Of a DNA stretch of 64,000 nt, positions 29,011-39,068 are shown in pieces (the first letter of the stretch is position 1; each line of letters begins with the position of its first letter). This DNA comes from Nanobdellota archaeon (lineage in GTDB: Archaea > Nanobdellota > Nanobdellia > Woesearchaeales > GW2011-AR4). Where the stretch lies: the NCBI GenBank assembly GCA_038046385.1, contig JBBSWH010000001.1:32001-96000 (forward strand), given 5' to 3'. The notes beneath the pieces are model-generated. The model was not told the origin of the DNA and searched no databases. It saw only the letters and a list, made by a program, of their open reading frames with translations. Made by a program: the position numbers and the translations under genes.

Positions 29011-29556
29011 ATGGTTAAGCAATGGCACGATATACAGCTGGGAAAAGACATACCGAAAGAAGTAAATGTCCTGATAGAGATTCCAAGAGGGTCAAGCACG
29101 AAGTATGAAGTTGACCACGAGCATGGGCTTTTGATGCTTGACAGGTTTGTTTATTCTTCAGTCCATTATCCTGGTGATTACGGCTTTGTGCCGCAGACGA
29201 TAAGCGGAGACGGAGATCCTTTGGATATACTGGTTTATTCAGAAGGCATTGTAATCCCGCAGACAATTGCCGCTTTCAGGCCGATTGGAGTCATGAAGAT
29301 GATAGACAACGGTGAGAAAGACGATAAAATCATCGGCGTTTATGTAAAGGACCCTATGACGATGCATATCAAAGACCTGAAAGACCTGCCGGAGCATGCT
29401 TTGAAGGAATACAAGGAATTCTTCCAGACTTACAAGGATTTGGAGAACAAGAAAGTGACTGTGACAGGATTCCACGGCAAAACCGTTGCTTATGGGCTTA
29501 TCATGGACAGCATCAAAACTTACGAGAAGAAGTTCAAGAGAAAGCACAGGAAATAA
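29011..29556 (+). CDS. ppa: inorganic pyrophosphatase (family I)
   Basis: YPGDYGFVPQT..GDGDPLD motif. Confidence 0.95.
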   Translation: MVKQWHDIQLGKDIPKEVNVLIEIPRGSSTKYEVDHEHGLLMLDRFVYSSVHYPGDYGFVPQTISGDGDPLDILVYSEGIVIPQTIAAFRPIGVMKMIDNGEKDDKIIGVYVKDPMTMHIKDLKDLPEHALKEYKEFFQTYKDLENKKVTVTGFHGKTVAYGLIMDSIKTYEKKFKRKHRK

Positions 29557-29557
29557 A

Positions 29558-30781
29558 CTATTTTATTTTTTTCTTTTTTGTTTCTTTTTCATCAAACACC
29601 GGAATTCCGTATTCGCCGTCATAGCCCGGCAAAAATGGAATCTTCATGCTTCTGTTGCGCATTATGCTGCCTGCAATCTTTTCAGTTGTTATCTTATTTA
29701 TCTCTTTTTCATCAGCATCAAGCAGAATATTAAATTCATTTCCAAAAGCGTTTGTCAGTTTGTAATACTCTTCCCAGACTTTCTTGGAAGCAACAGGCGC
29801 TTTTATTGTGCCTGCTATGACTTCTGACAATGAGATTATATTTCTGAAAGGAACAGCGTTCTTTGGAACGAATCCTTCTTTTCTATCGGCTAAACTTTCT
29901 ATTCTTTGCGCTACTCCAACAGTAAGCTTTTTTTTGCAAACTGGGCAGATGTCTTTGAGTTTTATTGATTCTTTTGGGGACAGGCAGACTTTGCATGCGC
30001 GATGTCCGGTATAGTGGTATTTGCCTTCATGAGGCCACATTTCTATTGTTTCTGTAAATCCCTTTTTCTTTCTAATTGCGCCAAGCAGTTCATCATATTT
30101 CCATTTGATGTTGAATACGTTGCATTCTCTTCCAAGACGCCATGGCCAGAATGAATGAGCATCAGAGCTGCTTACCAAATTGTATTTATCTAATTTAGAA
30201 ATGCGCCAGTTCATTGCCGGGTCGCTTGATAAGCCGGTTTCAATTGCATGTATGTGCTTTGCCTGGTCTTTGAAGCAGTCTTCAACAGAATCAAAGCCGG
30301 TTGCTGATCCAAACAAGCCAAACCATGGAGTCCAAACGTGCGCTGGAATTATTTCAATATCTTTGTCAATACTTTTCATCATCTCGACAAGCTCAATGCA
30401 CGAGAATCCGAAAATTGGGCGCCCGTCATAATCTAATCTTCCCTTCTTCAGCAATGCTTTGTTTATCTGCTCAACAACTTCAAAATTTCTTGCCAGCAAA
30501 AGTGAGTGAATACGGCGTCCTTTTCCATCCTGCGTGTACATATTAGAAATTTCGCCTTGCAGAACAAACTTGAAGCCGGATTTTGACGTTAAGATTCCGG
30601 AACCGTCTTCCTTTAATTCATCTTTCAGCTCAGCAAGCCATTTTGGATGCGTAAAGTCGCCTGTGCCCAAAAGGTTCAGCCCTTTTAATCGCGCATATTT
30701 TTCTAAGTTTGTTAGATTTAAGTGCTTGCTTGTTGCCCTTGAAAATCTCGAATGAATCTGCAGGTCTGCGAATACTTTCAT
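29558..30781 (-). CDS. endonuclease Q family (PHP domain) protein
   Basis: HSRFSRATS, GTGDFTHP, GLSSD, SDAHS and GYDGEYG motifs. Confidence 0.9.
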   Translation of the reverse strand: MKVFADLQIHSRFSRATSKHLNLTNLEKYARLKGLNLLGTGDFTHPKWLAELKDELKEDGSGILTSKSGFKFVLQGEISNMYTQDGKGRRIHSLLLARNFEVVEQINKALLKKGRLDYDGRPIFGFSCIELVEMMKSIDKDIEIIPAHVWTPWFGLFGSATGFDSVEDCFKDQAKHIHAIETGLSSDPAMNWRISKLDKYNLVSSSDAHSFWPWRLGRECNVFNIKWKYDELLGAIRKKKGFTETIEMWPHEGKYHYTGHRACKVCLSPKESIKLKDICPVCKKKLTVGVAQRIESLADRKEGFVPKNAVPFRNIISLSEVIAGTIKAPVASKKVWEEYYKLTNAFGNEFNILLDADEKEINKITTEKIAGSIMRNRSMKIPFLPGYDGEYGIPVFDEKETKKKKIK

Positions 30782-30861
30782 ATAAATTGGAACTGAATAA
30801 CTTTATTTAAAGGTTTCATAGAAGACAAAAGATTTTTATACTACTCAAAAATACTAACAAC

Positions 30862-31338
30862 ATGACAAAACAAGTCGCAATTGTTGATGCTGATATAGGT
30901 TATGGGGTAATTGACGCAGTTTTGGACTCCACTAATCCCGTTACAACAAGATTTAGACAGGCCGACCAAGCTTTGTCACAACTAAGAACGACAAAATATG
31001 ATCTGATTTTAGCACGTTTAAGAATGGCACCGGGATTGAGTCCAGAACCAGCACTTAATGACCTATGGCGAGGTTCCCAGGGAGATTATGCCGTAGTATG
31101 CGAATATTTTCTAAGCCAGATAAGGGATGAAACATCTGCTAATAAAGAGACACCTATAATTGTAATGGATGTTGTTGCTGCAGAAGGAGACAGACTATTT
31201 CCAAATGCTGCAAGAAGAGTGATTCAAGCAGGCGCAAATGATTATGTTGAAACTAGGAATTTCCCTGAATTAGAAAGATTAATAATCAAATATATTGGTG
31301 AGGGGCAGAAACCCGAGCTTAGTGATGAGCAATCTTAA
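30862..31338 (+). CDS. degenerate response-regulator receiver-like protein
   Basis: IVD, YDLIL, TPIIV and AGANDYV; phosphoacceptor Asp replaced. Confidence 0.55.
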   Translation: MTKQVAIVDADIGYGVIDAVLDSTNPVTTRFRQADQALSQLRTTKYDLILARLRMAPGLSPEPALNDLWRGSQGDYAVVCEYFLSQIRDETSANKETPIIVMDVVAAEGDRLFPNAARRVIQAGANDYVETRNFPELERLIIKYIGEGQKPELSDEQS

Positions 31339-31410
31339 TCAGAGTCTTACTTCCAGTTGCAGTTTCATCTTCCCGCAACTTTTAAATAGTCCATTCTAAA
31401 ATAAATATCC

Positions 31411-32001
31411 ATGGCATCAGACATTCTTTCAGAGTTCAATTCTAATGATGTTTCTCACTTTAAGAAAGATGCAATGCAGATGGTGAAAGTCGGCATAGAA
31501 ATTGACAGGTACTACGGGGAAGGCCATCACGACCTTGACGCTTTCATTCCAAAATATGAAAAACTGATACAATTATTTAACAAAAAGTACAAAGGCATTG
31601 CAATCAAGACAAAAAAGACATCTGACTCTTTCAGGACAAGGCTTTTCGCAAAATCCAAGGACATAAAGGAATTCTTTGCAGAATCTGCGTCAAAAATACA
31701 GGGACTAAGGGCGATAGGAAAAACCGGATTCAATCAGGCAGATTCTTCCAATACAGAAGCGTTTGTTGCTTTGATAGAATCATTGGCAGATTTTTTGTTT
31801 GTTTCATATGCCGACCCTGACAGGGGCACAAGCACGCTTGCGGTTTTTTACGACAAGAAAGAAAAAATGGCTGAAATCAATTATAATCCTGAAGACATGA
31901 TGAACGAAAACTCTGCATCGTTCAAGGTTTTTGCTTACTATGCACTAAAATCAGGAATTGACAGGAAAATAGATATTCTTGCAGAAGCATCAACATTTTG
32001 A
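31411..32001 (+). CDS. hypothetical protein; frame stays open after TGA to 32073
   Basis: 196-aa ORF. Confidence 0.6.
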   Translation: MASDILSEFNSNDVSHFKKDAMQMVKVGIEIDRYYGEGHHDLDAFIPKYEKLIQLFNKKYKGIAIKTKKTSDSFRTRLFAKSKDIKEFFAESASKIQGLRAIGKTGFNQADSSNTEAFVALIESLADFLFVSYADPDRGTSTLAVFYDKKEKMAEINYNPEDMMNENSASFKVFAYYALKSGIDRKIDILAEASTF

Positions 32002-32131
32002 TTTACAAACTTGCTGAAAGAAAAAGAAAGGTCTGAATTCTCAAGAGAGTTTAAGTCTGAGTTTTTGGAATAATCCCTTATAAAATGTTGTCCTGCTAAT
32101 CTGATTCATCCTCTTTGGCGCATTCAAAGCA

Positions 32132-33100
32132 TTACACATCTGAAGAGAAAGGGCTCCAAACCATTACATACTCTTTTGTGATTGTTGAGACATCATAATC
32201 ATTGTACTGGTTTATAAACCTTATTCTGAACTCGTCTGTAATTTTCTTAAGCTCTTCTGACCCACTTACATGGATTTCAGCCAATACATCGTATTTTCCT
32301 AAAAGCTCTATCGCAAAAAGGCATTTATTTGTTGAATTGAAAAACCGGATAATCTCTTTTTTTGCAGAGGAATCTTTTAATGAAATGTTTATCTGAAAAA
32401 ACGTCAAGCCCAATTTATCGAAATTAGGGGAGGTTACATAAGCCAGAATAATATTATCCTTCTCAAGTTTTTTGAGCCTGTACTTGACAACTTTATGGTC
32501 TATTTTAAGCTTATCTGCAATCTCAATCAGCGGCATTCTGGAATTTTTAGATAATGCCGCAAGTATCTGCTTTTCAATTCCGTCTAATTCATAATTACCC
32601 AGCTTTATAGGGTATACCCAGTCTTTATTTTCTTTGCCTTCATAGAGAAACCTTTGGTTAATCCTGTGGGTTGTCAAAAATGTCACTAAATCTTTCTCTT
32701 GGATGTACTCCCCATACAATTCCATGAAATTATCCTGAAAATTGATTATATCAACAGAACTTTTTCCCATAACCAAAATGAAACAATCATAATTCCCTTC
32801 AATGCTTGCAAGATAAGCGATATGCTCCTGCCTGCTGACATATTCAAATAATTCCTGCTCTTTTTGCGGCGTTATATTCTTGAATTTTATGTAGAACTTA
32901 ACATAGTACCAGCCCAGCTTGGAGGTGTTAAAAACAGTGTAAAAATCCTTGATTACCTTATTTTTAATCAGCCTGTTAATCCTAAAGTTAACGGTTTCCT
33001 TGCTTTTGTTCAGCTTTTTGGCCAGCTGGGATGCAGAGATTCTGGCGTTTAAATCAAGGCTGCACATAATTTTTTTGTCCAATAAGTCTAAATTTTCCAT
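32132..33100 (-). CDS. tandem Lrp/AsnC transcriptional regulator
   Basis: two HTH-AsnC modules (LDLLDKKI..L..NAR; LSKNSRMP). Confidence 0.9.
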   Translation of the reverse strand: MENLDLLDKKIMCSLDLNARISASQLAKKLNKSKETVNFRINRLIKNKVIKDFYTVFNTSKLGWYYVKFYIKFKNITPQKEQELFEYVSRQEHIAYLASIEGNYDCFILVMGKSSVDIINFQDNFMELYGEYIQEKDLVTFLTTHRINQRFLYEGKENKDWVYPIKLGNYELDGIEKQILAALSKNSRMPLIEIADKLKIDHKVVKYRLKKLEKDNIILAYVTSPNFDKLGLTFFQINISLKDSSAKKEIIRFFNSTNKCLFAIELLGKYDVLAEIHVSGSEELKKITDEFRIRFINQYNDYDVSTITKEYVMVWSPFSSDV

Positions 33101-33202
33101 ATTATTACTACTTTTATGATTAATATATAAATATTTCGTATTTTGAGTAAAATTAACATAAAAACTTTAATATATCTAATATATGACGATTATTACTACT
33201 AA

Positions 33203-34129
33203 GTGATTAACATGCAAAGATACAATTTTGTTTCGGGAATTGAAAGGATAACTCAAGAAGAACTAGCTAGGCTTAGGACTAGCCCTAAAGGCAGCCATAT
33301 TGATTTAATCTTGAAAGAATGCCTCTTAGATGCGGAGTATGACCAAGGTAAACTAGATCTGGTGTTATCTTCACAAAATAACTTATGGATGATAAATTCT
33401 TTCCCAGATATCCATCCTTTCTTTAAAGATTCATGTGAAGGAGATTTGCTAAGAAGTGAATTTTTATTCCTAAGATATTTAGGAGATGGAGTTTTTGACC
33501 AGTCTAAAAGGGCGCAGTATGTTAAGTATCTGGAAGAAAAAGTATTGGGCTCGCTTCCGCAAAAAGTTATTTTTAGATTATGCGATTATAACAACCAGGA
33601 TTTTAATTTTTTAAGAAGTGATTACAGCAGCAGAGGGGCAGCCCGGCTGCTGGAGCAGGGTGAATTATTGGAAACTGATTTGGAAGTAATTAAATTATTA
33701 CAAAGAAGCGGCAGAGATGTTAAAGTTTTAGTGCCTTATGTTCTTTTTCCAGAAGAATTTGCCGATGTCAAAAAAAGAGTCAAGGAAAGTGTTGGAAATG
33801 TTAATGTAGGAACAATGCTTGAAGTTCCTGCAAACCTGCTTGAAATTGATAAGTATTCTGAAGCTGATTTTTATGTATTTGGCCCGGGAGATTTAACAAA
33901 AAGCCTATACGGCGGAATCGACAGAAATTCTCCGAACTTCAGCCTAGTCAACAATGGATTAGCAGTGCCCATGGTTAAAGATTGTTTGGACACTCTTGAA
34001 AGATTGGGACAGCGAAAAACAGTCTACTTAGTTAAAAACCTGATTGGCCGGGATTTTGGAGAGCATAAGAATTTGTGTTTAGTAAACATGTATTCTCCAT
34101 CGCAATTAGCAGCGGGTGCAAGAAAATGA
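33203..34129 (+). CDS. stand-alone PEP-utilising enzyme TIM-barrel domain
   Basis: LLRSEF, FRLCD, RGAARL, GTMLEVPA and GPGDL..GIDR motifs. Confidence 0.75.
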   Translation: MINMQRYNFVSGIERITQEELARLRTSPKGSHIDLILKECLLDAEYDQGKLDLVLSSQNNLWMINSFPDIHPFFKDSCEGDLLRSEFLFLRYLGDGVFDQSKRAQYVKYLEEKVLGSLPQKVIFRLCDYNNQDFNFLRSDYSSRGAARLLEQGELLETDLEVIKLLQRSGRDVKVLVPYVLFPEEFADVKKRVKESVGNVNVGTMLEVPANLLEIDKYSEADFYVFGPGDLTKSLYGGIDRNSPNFSLVNNGLAVPMVKDCLDTLERLGQRKTVYLVKNLIGRDFGEHKNLCLVNMYSPSQLAAGARK

Positions 34130-35430
34130 GCGATACACTTAATCATCATGAATCAATAGAAGAAAGCACATTATCCGATATTGCCGCAAATCTTGCCGGA
34201 AAAAAACCCATGAAGGAAACAGAAACAAAGTACGGCAATTCGTATTATTATGGGGCTTCTGATGATAAACCGGTTTCATTGGAGGCAATGCTTCAAACTG
34301 TTAAGGGCGCTGAAATTGATGATTTGTATGTCCACATTCCTTTTTGCATAGCTGCATGCAGCTACTGCACCTATCCAAAGATGATAGGGCCAAGTGAAGG
34401 GCAAGTAGCCAGTTACATCAGAGAATTAAGAAAAGAAATTTCAAAATACAAACAATTATTTGGGTTCTCCGGCTTAAAAACAATCCATGTAGGGGGAGGC
34501 ACTCCTAATTTTCTTAATCTTGAACAGTTAAGCGAAGTTCTGGGAATGATTACTTCTGAGTTTCCAACACGCAATCTAAAGGAGTTAGCCATTGAGGTTT
34601 CACCAGTCGGATTGAATGAAGACAAACTAAGATTAATTTTGAGTTATGGGTTTAACAGGATTAGTATTGGGATACAGACATTTGATGACGGAATTAATGA
34701 ACAAAACGGAAGGAAAGGCCAAAGAGTAGAAGAAGCAATCAGGCTCGTTGGAGTTGCAAAAAAATACTTCCCGAATGTGTCCATTGATTTGTTGGCAGGG
34801 CAGCAAGGCCAGACTGCAGAATCTTCCCATAAAGATGCTGAAAAGGCCCTTAAATTAGGCGTTAATTCGGTTTATCTTTATCAGGTAAGGCAGTCTTTTA
34901 AGGATGGAGGAATGGAAGAGATTCTGGCGTTAAACGATTTTCTCAATTATTTCAGCTCAAATGGATATGAAATCTTGTCACATAATCATATAATAAAAAA
35001 AAGAAATTCAGACGGCTATTGCGAGCAAAGAGGGGGGAGAGCCAGAATGGAGAATTTGCTGGGGATTGGCCCTGGCGCTGTTTCTGAAATAGAAGGGCAT
35101 ATTTTTAAGAACATTCGCCCTGCTAATTACCTAGCTGAAGGTGCCCAGATAGATGAAGGAAGCATAAAACTTAGAGCAGATAGAAACATTAAAGCCATGT
35201 TACTGGTAAGATCATTAAGATATTTTACCAAACCGGATGTCAATGGTATGCTGGTTGAAGATTATGTGGCTAAATTCGGAAGCAGCCCTTATGACGACTT
35301 TAAATCAGAGATTGATTTTATGAAAGGGGAAGATCTGATTAAAACAACACCGAAGAAAATAGAGGTTACTTCAAAAGGAATCCTGTTTACTCAATGGGTG
35401 GATAACTTTTTGACTAAGCACTATAAATAA
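34126..35430 (+). CDS. HemN-like radical SAM protein
   Basis: LYVHIPFCIAACSYC, GGGTP and RISIGIQTF motifs; ATGA overlap with the upstream gene. Confidence 0.88.
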   Translation: MSDTLNHHESIEESTLSDIAANLAGKKPMKETETKYGNSYYYGASDDKPVSLEAMLQTVKGAEIDDLYVHIPFCIAACSYCTYPKMIGPSEGQVASYIRELRKEISKYKQLFGFSGLKTIHVGGGTPNFLNLEQLSEVLGMITSEFPTRNLKELAIEVSPVGLNEDKLRLILSYGFNRISIGIQTFDDGINEQNGRKGQRVEEAIRLVGVAKKYFPNVSIDLLAGQQGQTAESSHKDAEKALKLGVNSVYLYQVRQSFKDGGMEEILALNDFLNYFSSNGYEILSHNHIIKKRNSDGYCEQRGGRARMENLLGIGPGAVSEIEGHIFKNIRPANYLAEGAQIDEGSIKLRADRNIKAMLLVRSLRYFTKPDVNGMLVEDYVAKFGSSPYDDFKSEIDFMKGEDLIKTTPKKIEVTSKGILFTQWVDNFLTKHYK

Positions 35431-35452
35431 AATTATTTTTTTAGCTTATTGT

Positions 35453-36799
35453 TTACATCCCTGGAAACTTTCCGCCGAACTTCTTCATCATCTTACCCAT
35501 ATCGCCTTTATTTCCTTTAAACATCTTAACCATTTTCTTGGATTGGCGGTGCTGTTTTATCAACTCCCTTATTTCTGATGCCGGCACTGCAGAGCCTTTT
35601 GAAATCCTGTCTAATCTTGATGAGTCGATTAAATCAGGCTCTTCCAATTCTTCTTTTGTCATGGAACTCATTGCTATTTTCCATTTTTTTAATTTGCCTT
35701 CCTGCACCTGAAGCATTTCCTTTGGCATCTTTAACTGCGAAAATCCTGGAATCATTTCGACAATCGAGCTTAACGGGCCCATCTTGGACATTGCTTCCAT
35801 CTGCTCGTACATATCAATGAGGTTGAATTCTCCTTTCAGGAATTTCTTTCCGAGGTCTTCTGCGTCCTCTACTTTGATAACCTCTTTTGCTTTTTCAAGA
35901 AGCGCTTCAAGGTCGCCCATTCCCAGCATTCTTCCGACAAACCCTTCAGGGTTAAACTGCTCAAGGTCTTCTGTTTTTTCACCGACTCCGATGAATTTTA
36001 TTGGAGCGCCTGAAACTGAACATGCTGTAAGAGCTCCGCCGCCTTTTGCAGTGCCGTCCATTTTTGAAACAATAACACCTGTGATATTGCAGCTTTTGTG
36101 GAACTGCTCGGCCTGCTTTTGAGCAGCCTGGCCGATATCAGCAGAAATAACCAACAGCCTTTCATTCGGCTTAATTTCTTTGTTGACATCTTCTATCTCT
36201 TCTATCAAATCTTCTGACAACGCATCACGGCCTGCAGTGTCAATTATCAGAACGTCAAATTCTTTGTATTCTTCTTTGTGCTTTTTCCAGATTGCTATCG
36301 GGTCTTTTGAGCTTTTGTCGTAGAATACCGGAACGCTTGCAGTCTTTCCGACTTGGGCAATCTGTTCCATTGCAGCAGGCCTGTGGACGTCTAATCCTAC
36401 AAGAGCGACCTTGTGGCCTCTCTTTGTGTAAAACCTTGCCAGTTTTCCTGCTGTTGTCGTCTTTCCGGAACCGAACAAGCCTACCAGCATAATCTTGAAC
36501 GGCTTTTCTGTCAATTCTATCTTATGCTGCTCTTTTCCGAGAAAATTAACCAATTCTCCATAGACAATGTTGACAATATGCTCTCTTTTTGTCAGGCCTG
36601 CAGGAGCTTCTTCTTCCAATGCCTTTTTCTTTATCTTTTCTGTTAAATCAAAGACTAGTTTTACGTTAACATCGGACTGCAATAATGCCCTTTGGATGTC
36701 TTTTATCAGCTCGTTGATTAATTTTTCATCAACAAAAAGGGATTTTGCTATCTTCTGCAAAGTGTTCTTTAATGAATCGCTTAATTTATCCAGTACCAT
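35453..36799 (-). CDS. srp54: signal recognition particle protein Srp54
   Basis: GLFGSGKTT, DTAGR and KMDGTAKGGG motifs; M domain. Confidence 0.97.
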   Translation of the reverse strand: MVLDKLSDSLKNTLQKIAKSLFVDEKLINELIKDIQRALLQSDVNVKLVFDLTEKIKKKALEEEAPAGLTKREHIVNIVYGELVNFLGKEQHKIELTEKPFKIMLVGLFGSGKTTTAGKLARFYTKRGHKVALVGLDVHRPAAMEQIAQVGKTASVPVFYDKSSKDPIAIWKKHKEEYKEFDVLIIDTAGRDALSEDLIEEIEDVNKEIKPNERLLVISADIGQAAQKQAEQFHKSCNITGVIVSKMDGTAKGGGALTACSVSGAPIKFIGVGEKTEDLEQFNPEGFVGRMLGMGDLEALLEKAKEVIKVEDAEDLGKKFLKGEFNLIDMYEQMEAMSKMGPLSSIVEMIPGFSQLKMPKEMLQVQEGKLKKWKIAMSSMTKEELEEPDLIDSSRLDRISKGSAVPASEIRELIKQHRQSKKMVKMFKGNKGDMGKMMKKFGGKFPGM

Positions 36800-36851
36800 T
36801 ACTTCATGAGATAGAATTATTGTATAAAAAGGTTTGGTAAACCTTTATCAG

Positions 36852-37181
36852 TTATTTTCTTTTCATTGCTTTTCTTCTTTTCAGGAGTTTTTTCTGTTTT
36901 GCATTCATTTTGGCTCTTTTTTCATAAAGACGCTCATTAAATTCCTTATAACTAGGATCAATACTTTTTATTTTCTTAAAGTCCCTAAACCAATCTCTAA
37001 ATCCGTCCCTATAATCAACCCAATCATCATAAAAATCATTGATGAAGAAATCATATTTTATTATACCTTTTCTCGGTATTGTGGAATCTGGCGTGACATA
37101 TCCACTTTTTCTTCTATCTTTTCTGCTTACCATCGGACTGCCTCCGAACACCTTGGCTTTGATTACTTGATTGGCAAACAA
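36852..37181 (-). CDS. hypothetical basic protein
   Basis: 109-aa ORF; start uncertain. Confidence 0.4.
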   Translation of the reverse strand: MFANQVIKAKVFGGSPMVSRKDRRKSGYVTPDSTIPRKGIIKYDFFINDFYDDWVDYRDGFRDWFRDFKKIKSIDPSYKEFNERLYEKRAKMNAKQKKLLKRRKAMKRK

Positions 37182-37279
37182 AGCCTATGCCATTTTATGG
37201 CATTTGTGTTCCTATGGCATTCCGATATTCATAACCGACTGAGTCATTTTTTTAACCTTAAACCAATAATTCTCATTTT

Positions 37280-37645
37280 TTACATTGGAATTATTTTTAT
37301 TCCTTCTTTATCCTTGGTTAACGTTCCATGCTTTCCGGCAGAAATGTTGTACTCGTTTGCAATATCGCTTGGGATTCTAACTGCAATGCTGTTTCCCCAT
37401 TTTGAGAAAGTTATATCTTTTGCATGCCTTAATTTTCTGTATTTTCCCGCTAAAACTTTCAGCTGCTTCATATCCATCAGTTCTTCTCCGCATTCTAAGC
37501 ACCTATAGGCCTCAAAATCCAATCCATCCTGTTCCATAACATCTTTTTTCTTTTCCATTTTTCCTTTCTGGCATACCGGACACACTAAAAAATCACCTTG
37601 TGATTTTTTGTGCATTAAAAATCTTTTAGATTTTTCCTGTTTCAT
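37280..37645 (-). CDS. YgiT-type zinc finger plus AbrB/MazE antitoxin
   Basis: CPVC..CLECGE and KWGNSIAVRIP motifs. Confidence 0.8.
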   Translation of the reverse strand: MKQEKSKRFLMHKKSQGDFLVCPVCQKGKMEKKKDVMEQDGLDFEAYRCLECGEELMDMKQLKVLAGKYRKLRHAKDITFSKWGNSIAVRIPSDIANEYNISAGKHGTLTKDKEGIKIIPM

Positions 37646-37646
37646 T

Positions 37647-37889
37647 TCAGTTACCTCGTTCTATTGTTTTAATAATAATACAATGGCCCAAATCCTCTCC
37701 AACACATATTATTGAGCCTTCTCTGCCTCTTTTGATGAATTTTATTCCGTGCTTTCCAAATCTTTTTGATTTGCCTGTCTGCAATGCATCATAAACTTGG
37801 TCTGGAAAAGCAATCTCTCTTTCTCTTGCCCTTTTAACTGCATGGACTTTGATGACAATCAGCTTGCCTTGAAAGTAAATGCTTTCCAT
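37647..37889 (-). CDS. DUF4258-like toxin
   Basis: HAVKRARERE motif; directly upstream of the antitoxin. Confidence 0.7.
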   Translation of the reverse strand: MESIYFQGKLIVIKVHAVKRAREREIAFPDQVYDALQTGKSKRFGKHGIKFIKRGREGSIICVGEDLGHCIIIKTIERGN

Positions 37890-38058
37890 TATGTAGATAC
37901 TTAGATATACATGTATATAAAGATTGCGGTTTTTATTATGGTTAATTGGTATTGATAGTTTACCCTATCACCACCCTCTAACAACAACAAAACCTTATAT
38001 ATGGACATCTATAGTAATGTCAATATTATAGAAATAATACTATACAAGGGGTTAATTA

Positions 38059-38865
38059 ATGAAGGTTGATATTCCTAAGAAACAGCATCCAAACCTGGAG
38101 CGCTATTACAAGGAAGACTTGGACATTGCGTACAGGTTCGCAAATGAAATCTACATGGAGTTAGGGGCTTTCATAAGGGCTGTTGTAATTTTCGGCTCAA
38201 CTGCGAGAAGAACCAAAGGGCCTTCTGGCGATATTGACATTCTGGTTGTTATTGACGATTTAATGATGAGCATGACGCCTGACGTTGTCGAGGCATACAG
38301 GCTGATTGTGCAAAGATCTATTGTAAAGACATCAACAAAGCTGCACATAACAACAATGCGCTTTACAGCTTTCTGGGAATACATGAGAAATGGCGATCCA
38401 GTTGCAATCAACCTTTTGAGAGACGGAGTTGCCTTGATTGATTCAGGCTTTTTTGACCCGATGCAGGTTCTTCTGAAAAGAGGCAAGATTAGGCCTACGC
38501 AGGAAAGCATCTGGACATACTATTCAAGAGCGCCAAATACACTTTACAATTCAAGATGGCATGTATCACAGGCTGTTCTGGATTTGTATTGGGCTGTTAT
38601 TGATTCAGCGCATGCTGCATTGATGAAAGTTGGAGAGATACCTCCGACGCCGGAGCACGTTGCGGATTTACTGGACCAGAAGCTTGTAAAGAGAAAAATG
38701 CTTGAGCACAAATATGTAATAATAATGAAGAATTTCTACAGATTAATGAAGATGATAACCCACAGGGAAATAACCGAAGTCAAGGGAGAAGAGTATGACC
38801 GGTATTTTAAAATTGCAGAGGATTTTGTCAAAAGAATGAGAAAGATTATCGAGCACGGGAAATAA
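38059..38865 (+). CDS. minimal nucleotidyltransferase-HEPN fusion
   Basis: FGSTAR...GDIDILVVIDD motif; C-terminal HEPN-like helices. Confidence 0.8.
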   Translation: MKVDIPKKQHPNLERYYKEDLDIAYRFANEIYMELGAFIRAVVIFGSTARRTKGPSGDIDILVVIDDLMMSMTPDVVEAYRLIVQRSIVKTSTKLHITTMRFTAFWEYMRNGDPVAINLLRDGVALIDSGFFDPMQVLLKRGKIRPTQESIWTYYSRAPNTLYNSRWHVSQAVLDLYWAVIDSAHAALMKVGEIPPTPEHVADLLDQKLVKRKMLEHKYVIIMKNFYRLMKMITHREITEVKGEEYDRYFKIAEDFVKRMRKIIEHGK

Positions 38866-38879
38866 GCATTTTTTGATGA

Positions 38880-39068
38880 TTATCTCCAAAATTTTATTTT
38901 TTTCTTTGCCTTCTTAAACTGTTTTACCATTTTCTTTTTCTCAAATCCAAGAAGCAAAAGCCCTGCAAAAATCAAAAGAACTCCTTGGAGTATCGGAAGG
39001 AAAAGCCCTACTACTCCCAATATTATAAGGCACACTCCAAGTATTTTTTTTAAAGTTTTAAGCCACAT
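38880..39068 (-). CDS. small membrane protein
   Basis: GVVGLFLPILQG motif. Confidence 0.65.
   Translation of the reverse strand: MWLKTLKKILGVCLIILGVVGLFLPILQGVLLIFAGLLLLGFEKKKMVKQFKKAKKKIKFWR

Noticed and set aside
31999-32001. Genome-wide TGA recoding
   Set aside because: Conserved genes such as eIF1A, pth2 and rimK end normally at TGA.
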